This document shows, in pieces, positions 11,494 through 22,882 of a stretch of DNA of 64,000 nucleotides. The stretch lies in contig JBNJNM010000010.1 of the NCBI GenBank assembly GCA_052426225.1, positions 124,001-188,000 of the forward strand, read 5' to 3'. The number at the start of each line of letters is the position of its first letter. Positions within the stretch are counted from its first letter, which is position 1. The stretch comes from Zancudomyces culisetae HAW-14-8. Lineage: Eukaryota > Fungi > Kickxellomycota. The notes under the pieces were generated by a model, which saw nothing but the letters and a program-made list of their open reading frames with translations, was not told the origin of the DNA and did no database searches. A program made the translations under genes and the position numbers.

Positions 11494-13983
11494 ATGATGG
11501 GGGACCAGGGAGCTTTCCAGTTTACGCAAGTTAAACAAAATTTTAATCAAAGGGACAAAATGTAAGGATTTCATTTCATTAATTCACACTGTGTGTATTC
11601 CCAATGCCTTTAAAAAGTATGCTTTTTATATAATGGGAGAAAAAACGCATCTATAATCAATGACACAAAAGAAAAACAGCAACGATTAAATGTTAATGGT
11701 ATTTAACTGTTAGCAAGATGATATGAAAGAATAAAAGAGTAGATGAATGGTATAGTAAACTATAAAAAACTTTAAAAAATAGCACTTTCAAGCTAAGAAT
11801 TCGTCAACAACCTGAACATTCAAGGATGTGTGGAGTTGGAGAAAAAGGTAAGATATAAAAAGAAAGACAGAAAGTAAAAGGGTGAAAGGACATATAAAGA
11901 TAACATAATTATGATATATAGCTGATAGAAGGCCTATAGACCCACCACCTATAATACAGCTTGAGGTACATGATTCAACGTTACCAGGAAACAATAGGTA
12001 AGTGTAGAGTTGAAGTCTATACATGATAATATTTATAATGTATAATGGGGGGGAGAAACTAAAAGAAAGGGATGAAAAAATATAGGCGATATTTCCATAA
12101 CCCGTACTATTTTATGTATACTACACTGGTGAGTTCAGATGGGAAAGAAGAATTATCAATTCTTCCTGATAGACGAGCCAGGACGATAACAGGCTCAGCA
12201 GTTTCATCACTATCGTATTTGAAGGACGAGAACGGGAGTGATGGGGCATTTTTTGTATTTCCAGATCTATCAGTTAGATGTGAAGGGGTGTATAAATTAA
12301 AATTTATATTGTTTGAGATAGTTGGGTAAGTGACTTTAAGAATACTTTTTTTTTTAAAGAGAGATGATTTTAGGAGGGGAAAAGTAGGAATTAAAGAGTA
12401 AAATTGGAGGAATGTGTGAATGAATAGATCTACTGTATATTATTGCGAGTCTATAATGTCGTCACAGTTTACTGTGTATTCTGCAAAGAAGTTTCCGGGA
12501 ATGGAAGGTAAGAATAAATAAGAAAAAAAGGAAGTGAGAAAAAAACAGAGCAAAGAGAATAAAAGGGAAAATAAAAACTGAAAAATGTAGAGTCTACACC
12601 ATTAACGAAACTATTTGCAGAACAAGGGTTGAAAATAAGAGTTCGGAAGGAGCAGAAACCCTCAAGGTAAGGCAATTGAAATATAGGGAATTGATGAAGA
12701 AGGGTGTATTTAAACAAATATATGGAAAAAAAAATAGACTAAAAGCAGACCGTAGCCGATTGATTAACATACAATCAGGAGAAGATGAGGACGGAGGGGA
12801 GGGAGGAGGGCCGTATAAAAAAATCAACTATGGAGATAGACATTATTACCATGCGCAGGATTCGCAAAAGTTGAGTGTTGAAATGGAGAGAAGACTTAGA
12901 GGCTACCACCATGAAAATAATATGGGCCGGCACGTAGATCATAGAATACGACCGTATACAAACACAGGTAGCTATTTGTCGAAATTTCCAGAACAGCGAG
13001 GCGGCTTTAGCAACCGGCAGCATGGCGTACCTCACCCAGATGAAGGGCCTTACTCTCGGGATTCTCGGTACCAAAACCCCCACTTTTATGTAAATAGACG
13101 GACTTCAGCGCCAAATTCAGCGTCTAACCATCAGCCCAAACCTCCCTATCCTCGAATTGACCACTCCCTTCCAAATCCCCATGATCAAATTCCTCCCCTT
13201 CCTCGCTCAGACTACCATCAACTACCGCCTATCCAGGTTGGCTTGAAATCCATTCCTCCCTCAAGCGCCCCCGTCCATACCGACGACCTTTCTTCCACAA
13301 AGCAGCCTTATCCTCCTGATCCTCTTCTTCATTACTCTCACTCCGAACGACACTCTCCCCTGCCTAAACACTCTTCCATTGCTCATTCCTCCAAACCTGC
13401 CTCTGCGTCTACCTCTGCTGCCTTATACTCTCACTCTCCCTCCTTCAAATACGACTCCGTCTCAACTTCCGCCCCCTCTGTTCGCTCCTCTCAGAACTTT
13501 TCTGTTGCTATCGATTCTGAATTTAAGCAAGATACCTCCTTGCCTCAAATCCGCGTTCGTGATAATGCCTCCAGCTCCGTATACAGAGGCTACAAACGCT
13601 CCTCAAACACTCCCTTCCGCCCCATCTCCGACCTGCCTTCTTATTCCCCTGTTTCCTCTTCTTCCTTTGATCGCTGGAATCCTTACAATTCTTCTCTGGC
13701 CTCTGGAACTAAGTTTGTTGATTCTGCAAAACCAAAACCCTTTGATCCTTACATTTCCTCTTACCAAAATGATCCTCCCTTTGACGATCTCGCTCCTCAG
13801 TACGGCCCTCCTTCCTCTACCATTTCTCACTCTGAAAACCCCATTGGTTTATCCATCAAATTAGATCCTGCCGCCAACAACTCCTCATCTCGCAGAATCA
13901 CAGTTAACGACCTGCTAGCCTCTGACTCCCAAGCCAACTATCAATCTGCCACCACGCAGAATAATGATAAGGATAGAATTTAA
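11494..13983 (+). CDS. Velvet-domain transcription factor (VosA/VelC-like), 7 exons, Pro/Ser-rich C-terminus
   Basis: Spliced in frame: [103 protein letters not shown], which are canonical velvet motifs. All introns are GT-AG. Confidence 0.95.
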
Positions 13984-14687
13984 CTATTTATATATATATA
14001 TATATTGTGCTTATATACATGCATAACATCCTTTTGGAACATGTGTATCCCAACATTCCCCTTATTTACTTTTATTTTTTGTGTTAACTTGTCAAAATTG
14101 TTGCAACTTTATTTTCTTCCTTTTTTTTTTAATACAAAAAGTATTGATTGCTTTATTATAATGACAAGTAACCTTACTTCTATTGCTGCGTTCGTAAGGG
14201 AGGAGTGCGTTCTTCATCCATCCTCATACTTTGTTCTCATCCAACTCCCTTCCCCTCTTGTTCATCTCTTAATTCCAATATTATTACGGCACGTATTTGC
14301 AGACAATGTCAATATCATTCTTTTTTTTTTCAAAATTTACCACTTTTATCATGTTAATAAAATGAAAAAACTACATCTATAAATTTAATCAGATATCAAA
14401 GCCCAACTATTTTTATTTCTTGACAGATTACTTTGTCCGTCTTTTTATTAATAAGTAAACTCAAACGCTAAGCGTATTGGTAATCAACCTTGTATACAGT
14501 TTGATGTGCATATTTCAACCATGGTACAACTTGTAATATTAGTAACCGGAGTTTACCAAAAGCACTGATCAAATAAAATAAAGCCGTAATGTCAATTTTA
14601 ATAAATGATTTAATATTAACGCTCTAACCTATAGAAAAAAATATACAAAACCTCGAGTTGATCTTTTCCTTTTTGCCCTTCTTCCTC

Positions 14688-14725
14688 CTCTCCCTCTCCC
14701 TCTCCCTCTCCCTCTCCCTCTCCCT
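14688..14725. repeat. (CTCCCT)n hexanucleotide repeat
   Basis: About 6 copies between two convergent genes. Confidence 0.9.
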
Positions 14726-15210
14726 CCTCCTCTTCTTCCCCACCTTTCTCTCGCATTTTTCTTTCCTTATTTTGTTTTACTTTGTACCCTTTGACCTAAT
14801 TTCAACTCCCACCCACCCTACTCCCTACTCCCTAAAAACTAGGTCAAAAGCACTAAACGGATGTCACTTCTTTAGTGTCATTATCATTCAAACTGAGCCC
14901 ACAAACCCCATCCCTCTCTCTTGTCATATAAAAACACATCATCCTTTGTTTCCAAGATTTCTTTATAAAAAAAAGAAAAAATATATATATGTATCTATAT
15001 ATGTCCTCTACTATACTTTGTGAATGCTCTGTTGCTTTAAATGTAAACTATCTTGACATATCCAAGATCACTTTGTAACTTCATAGTCATGATCTAATTT
15101 GTTTTCTTTCTGAATATTTCCCCCCTCTAGACATTTTGCTCCTGGCTTTTTTACTAGACCCTCTTCTTCCATCCTTTTTTTTCTTGCCCTTCCCACTGTT
15201 ATTTTTTCCT

Positions 15211-16158
15211 CTACCATTGTTTATAGTTATATTTATTATATTCATTACCATTAACATTAACATTATTGTATGGACTATTGTTATTGCTATTGTATTGTTG
15301 AGGATAGCTGTTGTCAGGTGCCAAGAACTCCATGTCTATAAAATGTTTCTGCGCCCTTTTTCGCCTATAAATATAAAATATAATCGCCACAATAAACACC
15401 ACAAGTGCCACAGAGGCGGAAATCACTAAACTCTGTTTAAGATTTTCCGAATTCCCTGACTCCGCTTTAGATCCATCTGCATTGTCCAGTGTCGTCGGCA
15501 ACACAACATTTGTATCTTGTGTTAGTTGCCCTCCCCCGCCAACCGTCGTTGTAACTTGTGTGACTACTGTTATTACCTCAACCACTTGTCCAGATTCATT
15601 TGTACTTGTTCCAACGCTTGTAATAGTCTTTGTTACAACAGGTTTACCTGTTGTACGCGTGCTGGTTGACTTCGACGTGCTGGTTGACGTTGTTCTGGTT
15701 GTTGGCGGTGCGATCGTATCGGTTTCTTCTTCCTCGGATGTAGTTGTTGGTGTCTGTGTCTCTGGATCTCTAGAATTTCCTGTAGTACTTCCACTACCAC
15801 CACCACCGCTACTACTACTACTACTACCACCACCACCACCACTACTACCACTAGCAGTAGTTTTGGTACCACTATCGCTTTTACTCTCGTTACTGCTACC
15901 ACTGCTACTGACATTTTCTTCACTTTCGTTTCCTCTACTCTCGTTTCCTCCTGTCTCAGTACCAGGATTAGTTTGTGTAAGGCTTTCCTCTTCTTCACCT
16001 CCGGCGCTAGCAGCAGTTTCTACATCACTAGCTGATTTACTATTTGAACTATCCCTGCTGCTATTACCCTGTCGCCTGTATATCATCGCTCTGTGCTCCA
16101 CAATTTCCCCCGTCATTTCCCTATGTCTCTTTCGTATGTGTTTCAATCTTTCTACCAC
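15211..16158 (-). CDS. Single-pass Ser/Thr/Gly-rich membrane protein (Mid2/Wsc-like cell-surface mucin); both ends uncertain
   Basis: S/T/G-rich ectodomain, TM helix LVISASVALVVFIVAIIFYIY followed by the stop-transfer RRKR and an Asn/Tyr-rich tail. The ORF starts at GTG beside an AG, so upstream exon(s) are probable. Confidence 0.7.
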   Translation of the reverse strand: MVERLKHIRKRHREMTGEIVEHRAMIYRRQGNSSRDSSNSKSASDVETAASAGGEEEESLTQTNPGTETGGNESRGNESEENVSSSGSSNESKSDSGTKTTASGSSGGGGGSSSSSSGGGGSGSTTGNSRDPETQTPTTTSEEEETDTIAPPTTRTTSTSTSKSTSTRTTGKPVVTKTITSVGTSTNESGQVVEVITVVTQVTTTVGGGGQLTQDTNVVLPTTLDNADGSKAESGNSENLKQSLVISASVALVVFIVAIIFYIYRRKRAQKHFIDMEFLAPDNSYPQQYNSNNNSPYNNVNVNGNEYNKYNYKQW

Positions 16159-18414
16159 TAATTTTAGTTTTTTCTCTTATTTGCCAGGTTGACAGTCCTG
16201 AATTTTTTATTTTCTTGGTCGTTTTTTTTTTACTTTACAATACTCGTACCTGGATTATGTCCTGCCTACCTGTTTCTTAAACATATGCAATTAACATAAA
16301 AAAATGAAACTTTCAATATCGTTTGGCCTTTCAAATGTTGTTCGTGTCGCTTTAAAAAACACCGGTTTATTACTCGTTGTCGCCTGATAACTTTCTCAAT
16401 CTATTAACTTATTGTCTAATACTGAAGCAATGCTGCCAGAAATATCACGGTTTTGCGTTTTATCTGCAATTTTTTTTTTGTTCTTTCTCTCCCTCGTCAA
16501 TCAAGAAACCTCATCTATTAATTATCAGGGTTTGGTAAGTGGGTTTTTTATTTAAATTCAAAAATTTTTCTCAAATTTCAGTCTTTTTTGGATTATATAG
16601 TAAACAAAAGTCCACTTATAAATAGGTAATAAAGATTATTTGTGCGAATTCTGAATTATTTGTAATTTATGTTGATTTATTTTTAGTGTATGCCAGTGAT
16701 TTTTAAGATTTGTTATTCGAATATGTAAACTCCCCCCCCCAAAAAAATCATTTTTATCCCAAAATCTGAATTTAATCTTTCTATTTGCATTTGCATTTTC
16801 ATTGATTTAACTTATTTTCTCAAAATCCACAAAATAAATACTGGATTTGCCTTGTCAATTACATTGCATCACCTGTTTTACCAATTCCTTTACAAAATTT
16901 TCGATATTATTTCTTTATTGTTCTAATGTAGCTGACCCCATTATTCATTTTCATTTAAATGTTAAATTAAAAGGTTGTTGGAGCAGCAGACATCTGAAAA
17001 TGAACAATGTAAAACCTCTTCCCTCCCCAAAGAGCGCTTTTGGGGAACCAGGTTTCTACTAGCTCAAAGACGCGCCTCTGCCCTTTTCATTTATATAACC
17101 AACCATGTTTGCAGTCAATAATAATTTGGGCAACCACAATCTTGAAACTCATCAATATTCGTGCTGCTTGGTAAAAAAGCACTCTTCGTGAATTCTGACT
17201 AGCTGTTTCTATCATGGCGTGTCAAAGTTCAGGGCGGATACTTATGCTAACTGTGGGGATTGTAGGCAGCCCAGCTGGCTATACTACACGTACTTTTTCT
17301 GACTTATCTCACCTCTGTTCCCTCATTCCTTCATTATGTTTGAATTTTCTCATCCACCAGTTTATAACCAGAGAGGTGCTTGGAGGATGGAATTTTGCAT
17401 CGCGTGGTTTTCACTTTTTTTTAATTCAGGAATTGTTATTTTATTTTTGGTACTTTGACTGGAGTACATACTGGGTAAATGGTTTGTGGAAATTGGGATA
17501 CTATTACTGGGAAACCATATGATTGTTGGGAAAGTAAACGCGATTTAGGTAAAACATTTATGTTTGGTTCGCATTATCGGCCTTCCCTTCCATTTCAAAG
17601 CTATGTAAATAAAATTTGTAAATTGAGATGAATATTTTATTTATATGCTTTGCTGGAACGGGTTTGGTAATTCCGATTTTTTTTACCTCAACTTCAAATC
17701 AAGATGTCAGTATTTATTTATTTACATTTTTAGCTATCCTTCCATTTTTTTATATCTCTCCCTCCCCCAAACTTCGCTTCATAAAGAATCTTTTTTTAAA
17801 CCCCGTAACCATTCTGTATAGTTTTGCCCCTTTTTCTTTTTCTTTTTCTTTTTCTTTTTCTTTTTCCTCTTAAAAATGAAAAAGCATTGATAAAAATTCA
17901 TCATTTACTCAGCTTCTACATATTTGGGTTTCGTTTAGTATAAAAGAAAATATTGGTACTCCAGATGTTGTAAAGGATACACACTGTTTCCCTATGATTT
18001 AAGAGTTTTGCAAACAGTACTATTCACTGCAATCACACAGCTTGGCACCACATTTCTTCAGATCAATTAAATAGATCAAAATTTTTGAGTTTTTCCATGA
18101 ATTTGTATTAATAGCTTAGTCATAACGTTTTGTAACAGCAGTCCTTTTTTCTTTACCTTCTTTTACTGTATATTCTCTTCATCAGTGAAAAAGTATCCGA
18201 ACTTAACCATACATCAAATGCACACTGGTGGCTAAAGCATAATCCCGAGTAAAGCACAGAAATAAAGTAGCCAGTAATCTGCAGCAATGTCACCACTTCC
18301 CCCTCCCTACAGGCAACTACTAATACTGCTCACACAAAATTGCAACATATACTCGCAGCTAAAAAATGACAATTATTTATTTTCGCTTATACTCTTAAAA
18401 TATATCAAATAGAT

Positions 18415-20679
18415 CTAAAAAGCGGATTTAGATTGTGAAGATACTAGGCTGGTTGCTGAAGTTTGTGAGGCGCTGGATGTTTTGTTTTGTGTTCTACGTA
18501 CAGTTCTACGCACAGTCCTTCTACGAACAACAGTTCTTACTACTCTTTTAACTCTTTTTACTGTTTTGACACCTCCCTTTGCTGACTTGGCGCTTGGTGC
18601 TATGGATTTACTCGTGGTTGTCATAGATAACGGTGCTGCACGGTTAACATTTGCACTTGAACTGGTTGTGGTTGTTGGAACTGGAGTGGACGATACTGAA
18701 CTGGTTCTTCTTGTAGCTGTCTTCATGCGTTCTTCAAGAGCCTTCATAATAGAATTATATTCCTGAGTTCTTTTTGCCCCTAAATTTTATGAATGTTTTT
18801 TTGTATATCGTTAGTAAGTGTATATCTATACTAATCCATCAGTATGTGCATATTACACCTAACGCATAATATTAATTATATAAACGCTGAATCCTTTAGG
18901 ATTAGTGAAATGTTTAGACTTACATGGTAATCCCAAGTATCGCATTATTCCTCTATATCATCATACCAATACCAAAACCTTCGTATTTTATTAATAAGTT
19001 AGGGAAGAAAAATAATCAGGAAATGTTTCAATGGTGTTTCCAATGAACATTTATATTCTCAAGAGATAAGTATAATGCGACTAAAAAGTCACAGTTTTCT
19101 GATTGTAAACATGTTAATTACCTTTTTGAACGGGTTTGTGATGCTGTGGGTCTAGCTTTTGTTGGTGCAGGCGTTGCTATTTTTTTTTAGAATCGTGTTA
19201 AAAAAGTACAAGCAGAGTAAATATATCGCATTCCTATGATTAAAAAGCGCAATGTTGTATGAAATGGGTCATATACTAATGGTACTTACCAGATGCGCTC
19301 ATGGATGTAAAAGTTGGTCCGGAGTAAGATGGTATTATTGGGGCAGCGGGGGTGGTAGAAGCGGCAGCAGCACGGAGTGCTTGCGCGCTAGTTGCGCTTG
19401 GTTTTCCTGACTCGAGCCCAAGATTTATTTTTCCGCCAGTTGCAACGGCACTAGTTAGAACCGTACTGGATGGTTGCATGTTTCTCATAGATGGAGGTGA
19501 AGATATAGCTGCGGGAATTGATTTGGTAGCGGACGCAGAAGCTCTAAGTGGTTGTGCGATTCTTGTTCTGGAGAGAGCCGAAAATCTTCGAATAGTTGGT
19601 TTAGCAGATGTAGTGACTCGAGCGGCAGAAGTAGTAGCAGCAGCACGAAGTGTTTGTGAGCTACTTGCTTTGGGGAGAAGCTGCATGTTTCGAACAGCTA
19701 CTCCAGCAGGTGCAGAAGCACTGGATGCTTTTGCACCAGCTACACTTGACTCCTCTGAATCAGCACCAAGATCTATCTCTCCACCAGTTTCAATCGCACT
19801 AGTTGGAGCCATACTTGATTTGGTTGCAGTCGCTGACATAGCTGCAGTTGTTGATTTGGCAGCAGGTGCAGAAGTGCTGGATGCTTTTGCACCAGTTACA
19901 CTTGACTCCTCTGAATCAGCACCAAGATCTATCTCTCCACCGGTTTCAATCGCACTAGTTGGAGCCATACTTGATTTGGGTGCAGATGTTGGTTTAGCTG
20001 CGGGCTTAGTAGCAGGTTTGATAGCAGGTTTGGTAGCAGGTTTGGTAGCAGGTTTGATAGCAGGTTTGATAGCAGGTTTGGTAGCAGGTTTGGTAGCAGG
20101 TTTGGTAGCAGGTTTGGTAGCAGGTTTGATAGCAGGTTTGATAGCAGGTCTAGTAGCAGGTCTAGTAGCAGGTCTAGTAGCAGGTTTAGCAACAGGTCTA
20201 ATGGCAGGTTTAGCAGCAGGCCTAGTAGCGCTAGGTGATTGTGCACTGCTTGATTTGAAGAGTGGCGGCATTGTTCGACGAACTGGCTTACCAGATGCGA
20301 TGGCACGAGTAGCAGCAGGACGAGATGCTTGCAAACTGCCTGACTTGAAGAGTGGTGGCATTGTTCGAGCAATATGTGTGGTAGTAGTAATAGCAGCACG
20401 AGATCCTTGTGCACTGGTTGCGCTTGACACCTCTGATTCGGCTCCAAGATTTATCTCCCCACCAGTTTCAGGAGGATTGGATGGAATCATACTAGCTGCG
20501 TATGGGGCCGCTGACATAGCAATGGGGGATGGGGCGGCTGCACGCTCTGTAAGTGTCACAGTTTTTGTAGCGGGGGCTTGCTGTTGCGCACCGTAAACAA
20601 CGCTCACATCCACCACTACGGTCTCCGGCTTTGCAGAGATTTTATATAAAAAGAATAGTAGCGATATAGTTATCTTCAT
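18415..20679 (-). CDS. Secreted Ala/Ser/Thr/Pro-rich repeat protein, 4 exons (20679-19290, 19176-19122, 18952-18924, 18779-18415)
   Basis: Signal-peptide-like MKITISLLFFLYKISA. GT-AG introns join ORF 19276-20679 and ORF 18415-18747 in frame. Carries KPAT/KPAI tandem repeats and TGG(E/K)I(D/N)LG repeats. Confidence 0.8.
19705..19985 (-). repeat. Internal about 120-bp direct duplication (KSSMAPTSAIETGGEIDLGADSEESSV.GAKASS.SAPA x2)
   Basis: Two near-identical copies visible in both DNA and protein. Confidence 0.9.
19990..20230 (-). repeat. 12-bp coding tandem repeat encoding (K/R)PA(T/I/A), about 19 units
   Basis: agcaggtttggt/agcaggtttgat/agcaggtctagt arrays on the + strand. Confidence 0.95.
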
Positions 20680-22119
20680 TTTTTTAGTTTCTAGTTTCTA
20701 ATTTTCTAGCTTTCTAGCTTTCTAGTTTTCTAGTTTTTTAGCTTTTTTCTTCTTCAAAATGGTCATATCAAGGTCACTTTATATAGTTATGGCGATTAGG
20801 ATACTTTTGCATTTGAGCTTGTATAGAGAAAATTCTAACAATACAGACTTGACTTCACGTTGGATCTAGATAAAAAGGTTGAATATGTATGGTGTATTTC
20901 AAAATTAAAATATACATGCTTTACATCCTTCACAGTCACTATTTGAAAAAGTTTGTAGAAGTAATATACATGCAGCTATGATTCGAGAATGTTAAAATAA
21001 TACTTCTATTCGCTATTAATTAGTGCTTTAAGGGCTTTAGGATCTACAATAACATATTAGGTTGTCATATTGCGTCCTAGGCTTGAAATTTAAATGCGAG
21101 ATACTCTATACTGTGGTTAAAAATAAAAAATTACATGACTCGGTTTTGCATACAATCTACAGTTTGCGCACAGAATCACCAATCCCGTACGTTGACATGT
21201 CCAGATAAGTTCTATGAGGTCTTTTTTCCGTAGTGTTAAGTTACTCCCTTCAACAAATTTGGTCTAGAATAATTAAGCCAATGATTGTATATCATTAGCC
21301 AAGACTTCGATCACATTCATGCATTTAATTTGATATGAAAAATTGGTTTATATTAAACTTGTTGGGGCTAGCCAAATATTCAAAATAGTAAATCGAGAAT
21401 TCTGGGTCATGACTTTTTTTTAAATTAAAAAAATATGCCGATGGCAATACTTTGGCACGTTCTTTCCCCCAAGAAGTCGTACATTGTAGACAAAAACTAG
21501 CCGCAATGGAAATATTGCATTAAAGCAGCAACGTTTTTGAACTAGGATATACCAAGTATTCCATCCTTCTTAGAAACAGCAAAGAATTTAGCCAATGTTT
21601 GAAATGATTTTGTGTATTAATAATTTGTTACTCGTAACGTATTATGATTCAAGCAATATTCAGATTAATATTACTAATTATAACGGGTTTTCTAGAGCCT
21701 CAATGCAGTAAACTGCACTTGACCTTGAGGTTATACACATACATCAGGTATATCACTAAAAAAAGCCGTTGCTTGTAATTCACATCCATTAGAGGGCTAC
21801 GATGCTTAAACAAAGGAAAATGTGGCTATGATAGAATAAAAATAATATCTAGTAAGTTCTCGGAGCAACCTATCCACTAAATCCGTTTTTTACACTTTAC
21901 TAGCCTTTTTTTTCAATAGAAAAAGCAGCTAATAACATTTTTCGGCATGTATAAACTCAACTTCTAAGTGGTTTCATACCATGAATAGTTTACTCCTGTC
22001 AATATAGTACTGGAGCTTGTATCTTTACACAAGAAATTTAAAGGAGCACGTGTGTGCTAATAAAAATAACTTTAGATGTGTCATATTTCCTTTGTAAAAA
22101 AGATGAAAAGCAGATTTTT

Positions 22120-22542
22120 TCAGGATCTTGAAGGGTTCATAATCTCAACAAAGTTTTCCCATGTTGTCGCCACATTATCCATGTTGGAGCCCAAGCTCGA
22201 GACTGTTTCCAATAAACTAAGTGTTTCCTTCAAAGAGTCGCCGGCAACCAACAAGTTCTAAATAAGTTTGTAGGCATTCTTTTAAAGCTGTTTCCTTTTA
22301 ATTGTGATCATAAAAAACAATCCCATAGCAAAATGTTTAATCGGCTTTTTTAATTTAAAAGACATAAAAGCATGAGTATAAAGAGGTAAAAGAAGTAAAA
22401 AATAGCCACAATGATTCTGTAGCAGTTACAAAAACTGGCAATTACAGTATACTGGTGGCAAAACACTTACTTTTTTAATATCCTTAACAATCCTTTCACG
22501 CTGATCCAAAAAATCTTTTGAATATAATTCGTCCGAATCCAT
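22120..22542 (-). CDS. DAD1: DASH/Dam1 kinetochore complex subunit Dad1-like (2 exons: 22542-22471, 22257-22120; 69 aa)
   Basis: MDSDELYSKDFLDQRERIVKDIKK|NLLVAGDSLKETLSLLETVSSLGSNMDNVATTWENF.. fits the Dad1 pattern F..QR..L..EI....LE....VG....V...W..F. GTAAGT donor and TAG acceptor. Confidence 0.72.
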
Positions 22543-22882
22543 TCTGCCTTTTCCTTGGAATATGCGTATTGAATCTGTAGTTTACTTTGAGTTATATACC
22601 ACTGCTTTATTGTAGTCCTTTTTACTTTTATCTCGTATCGGTTAGTTCACCCAGAATTTCGAGGTTAGGATTATGATACAAAGATTGAAAACAGGTATGC
22701 AAAGAAAAAATAATAATAAATGGAACAAATGGGTGCTGCCATTGGTTCTGCATGTTATGTTTTGATTTTTGTATTCATTCTGCCTCAAAAATTCTTTTAT
22801 ACCTGAAATCTGCTTTATTTCCAATTTAAAAAACTAAATAAACCAGAAAAAAAAATAAAATAACCCAAGGCCAGATCCAAGA

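Noticed and set aside
15482-16192. 236-aa + strand ORF with poly-L/P/V
   Set aside because: Antisense shadow of the S/G/T-rich membrane protein
19352-20596. 414-aa antisense ORF (LVAG repeats) and 172-aa alternate-frame ORF (LLPN repeats)
   Set aside because: Shadows of the 12-bp coding repeat. The minus-strand frame has the signal peptide, ATG and in-frame splicing.
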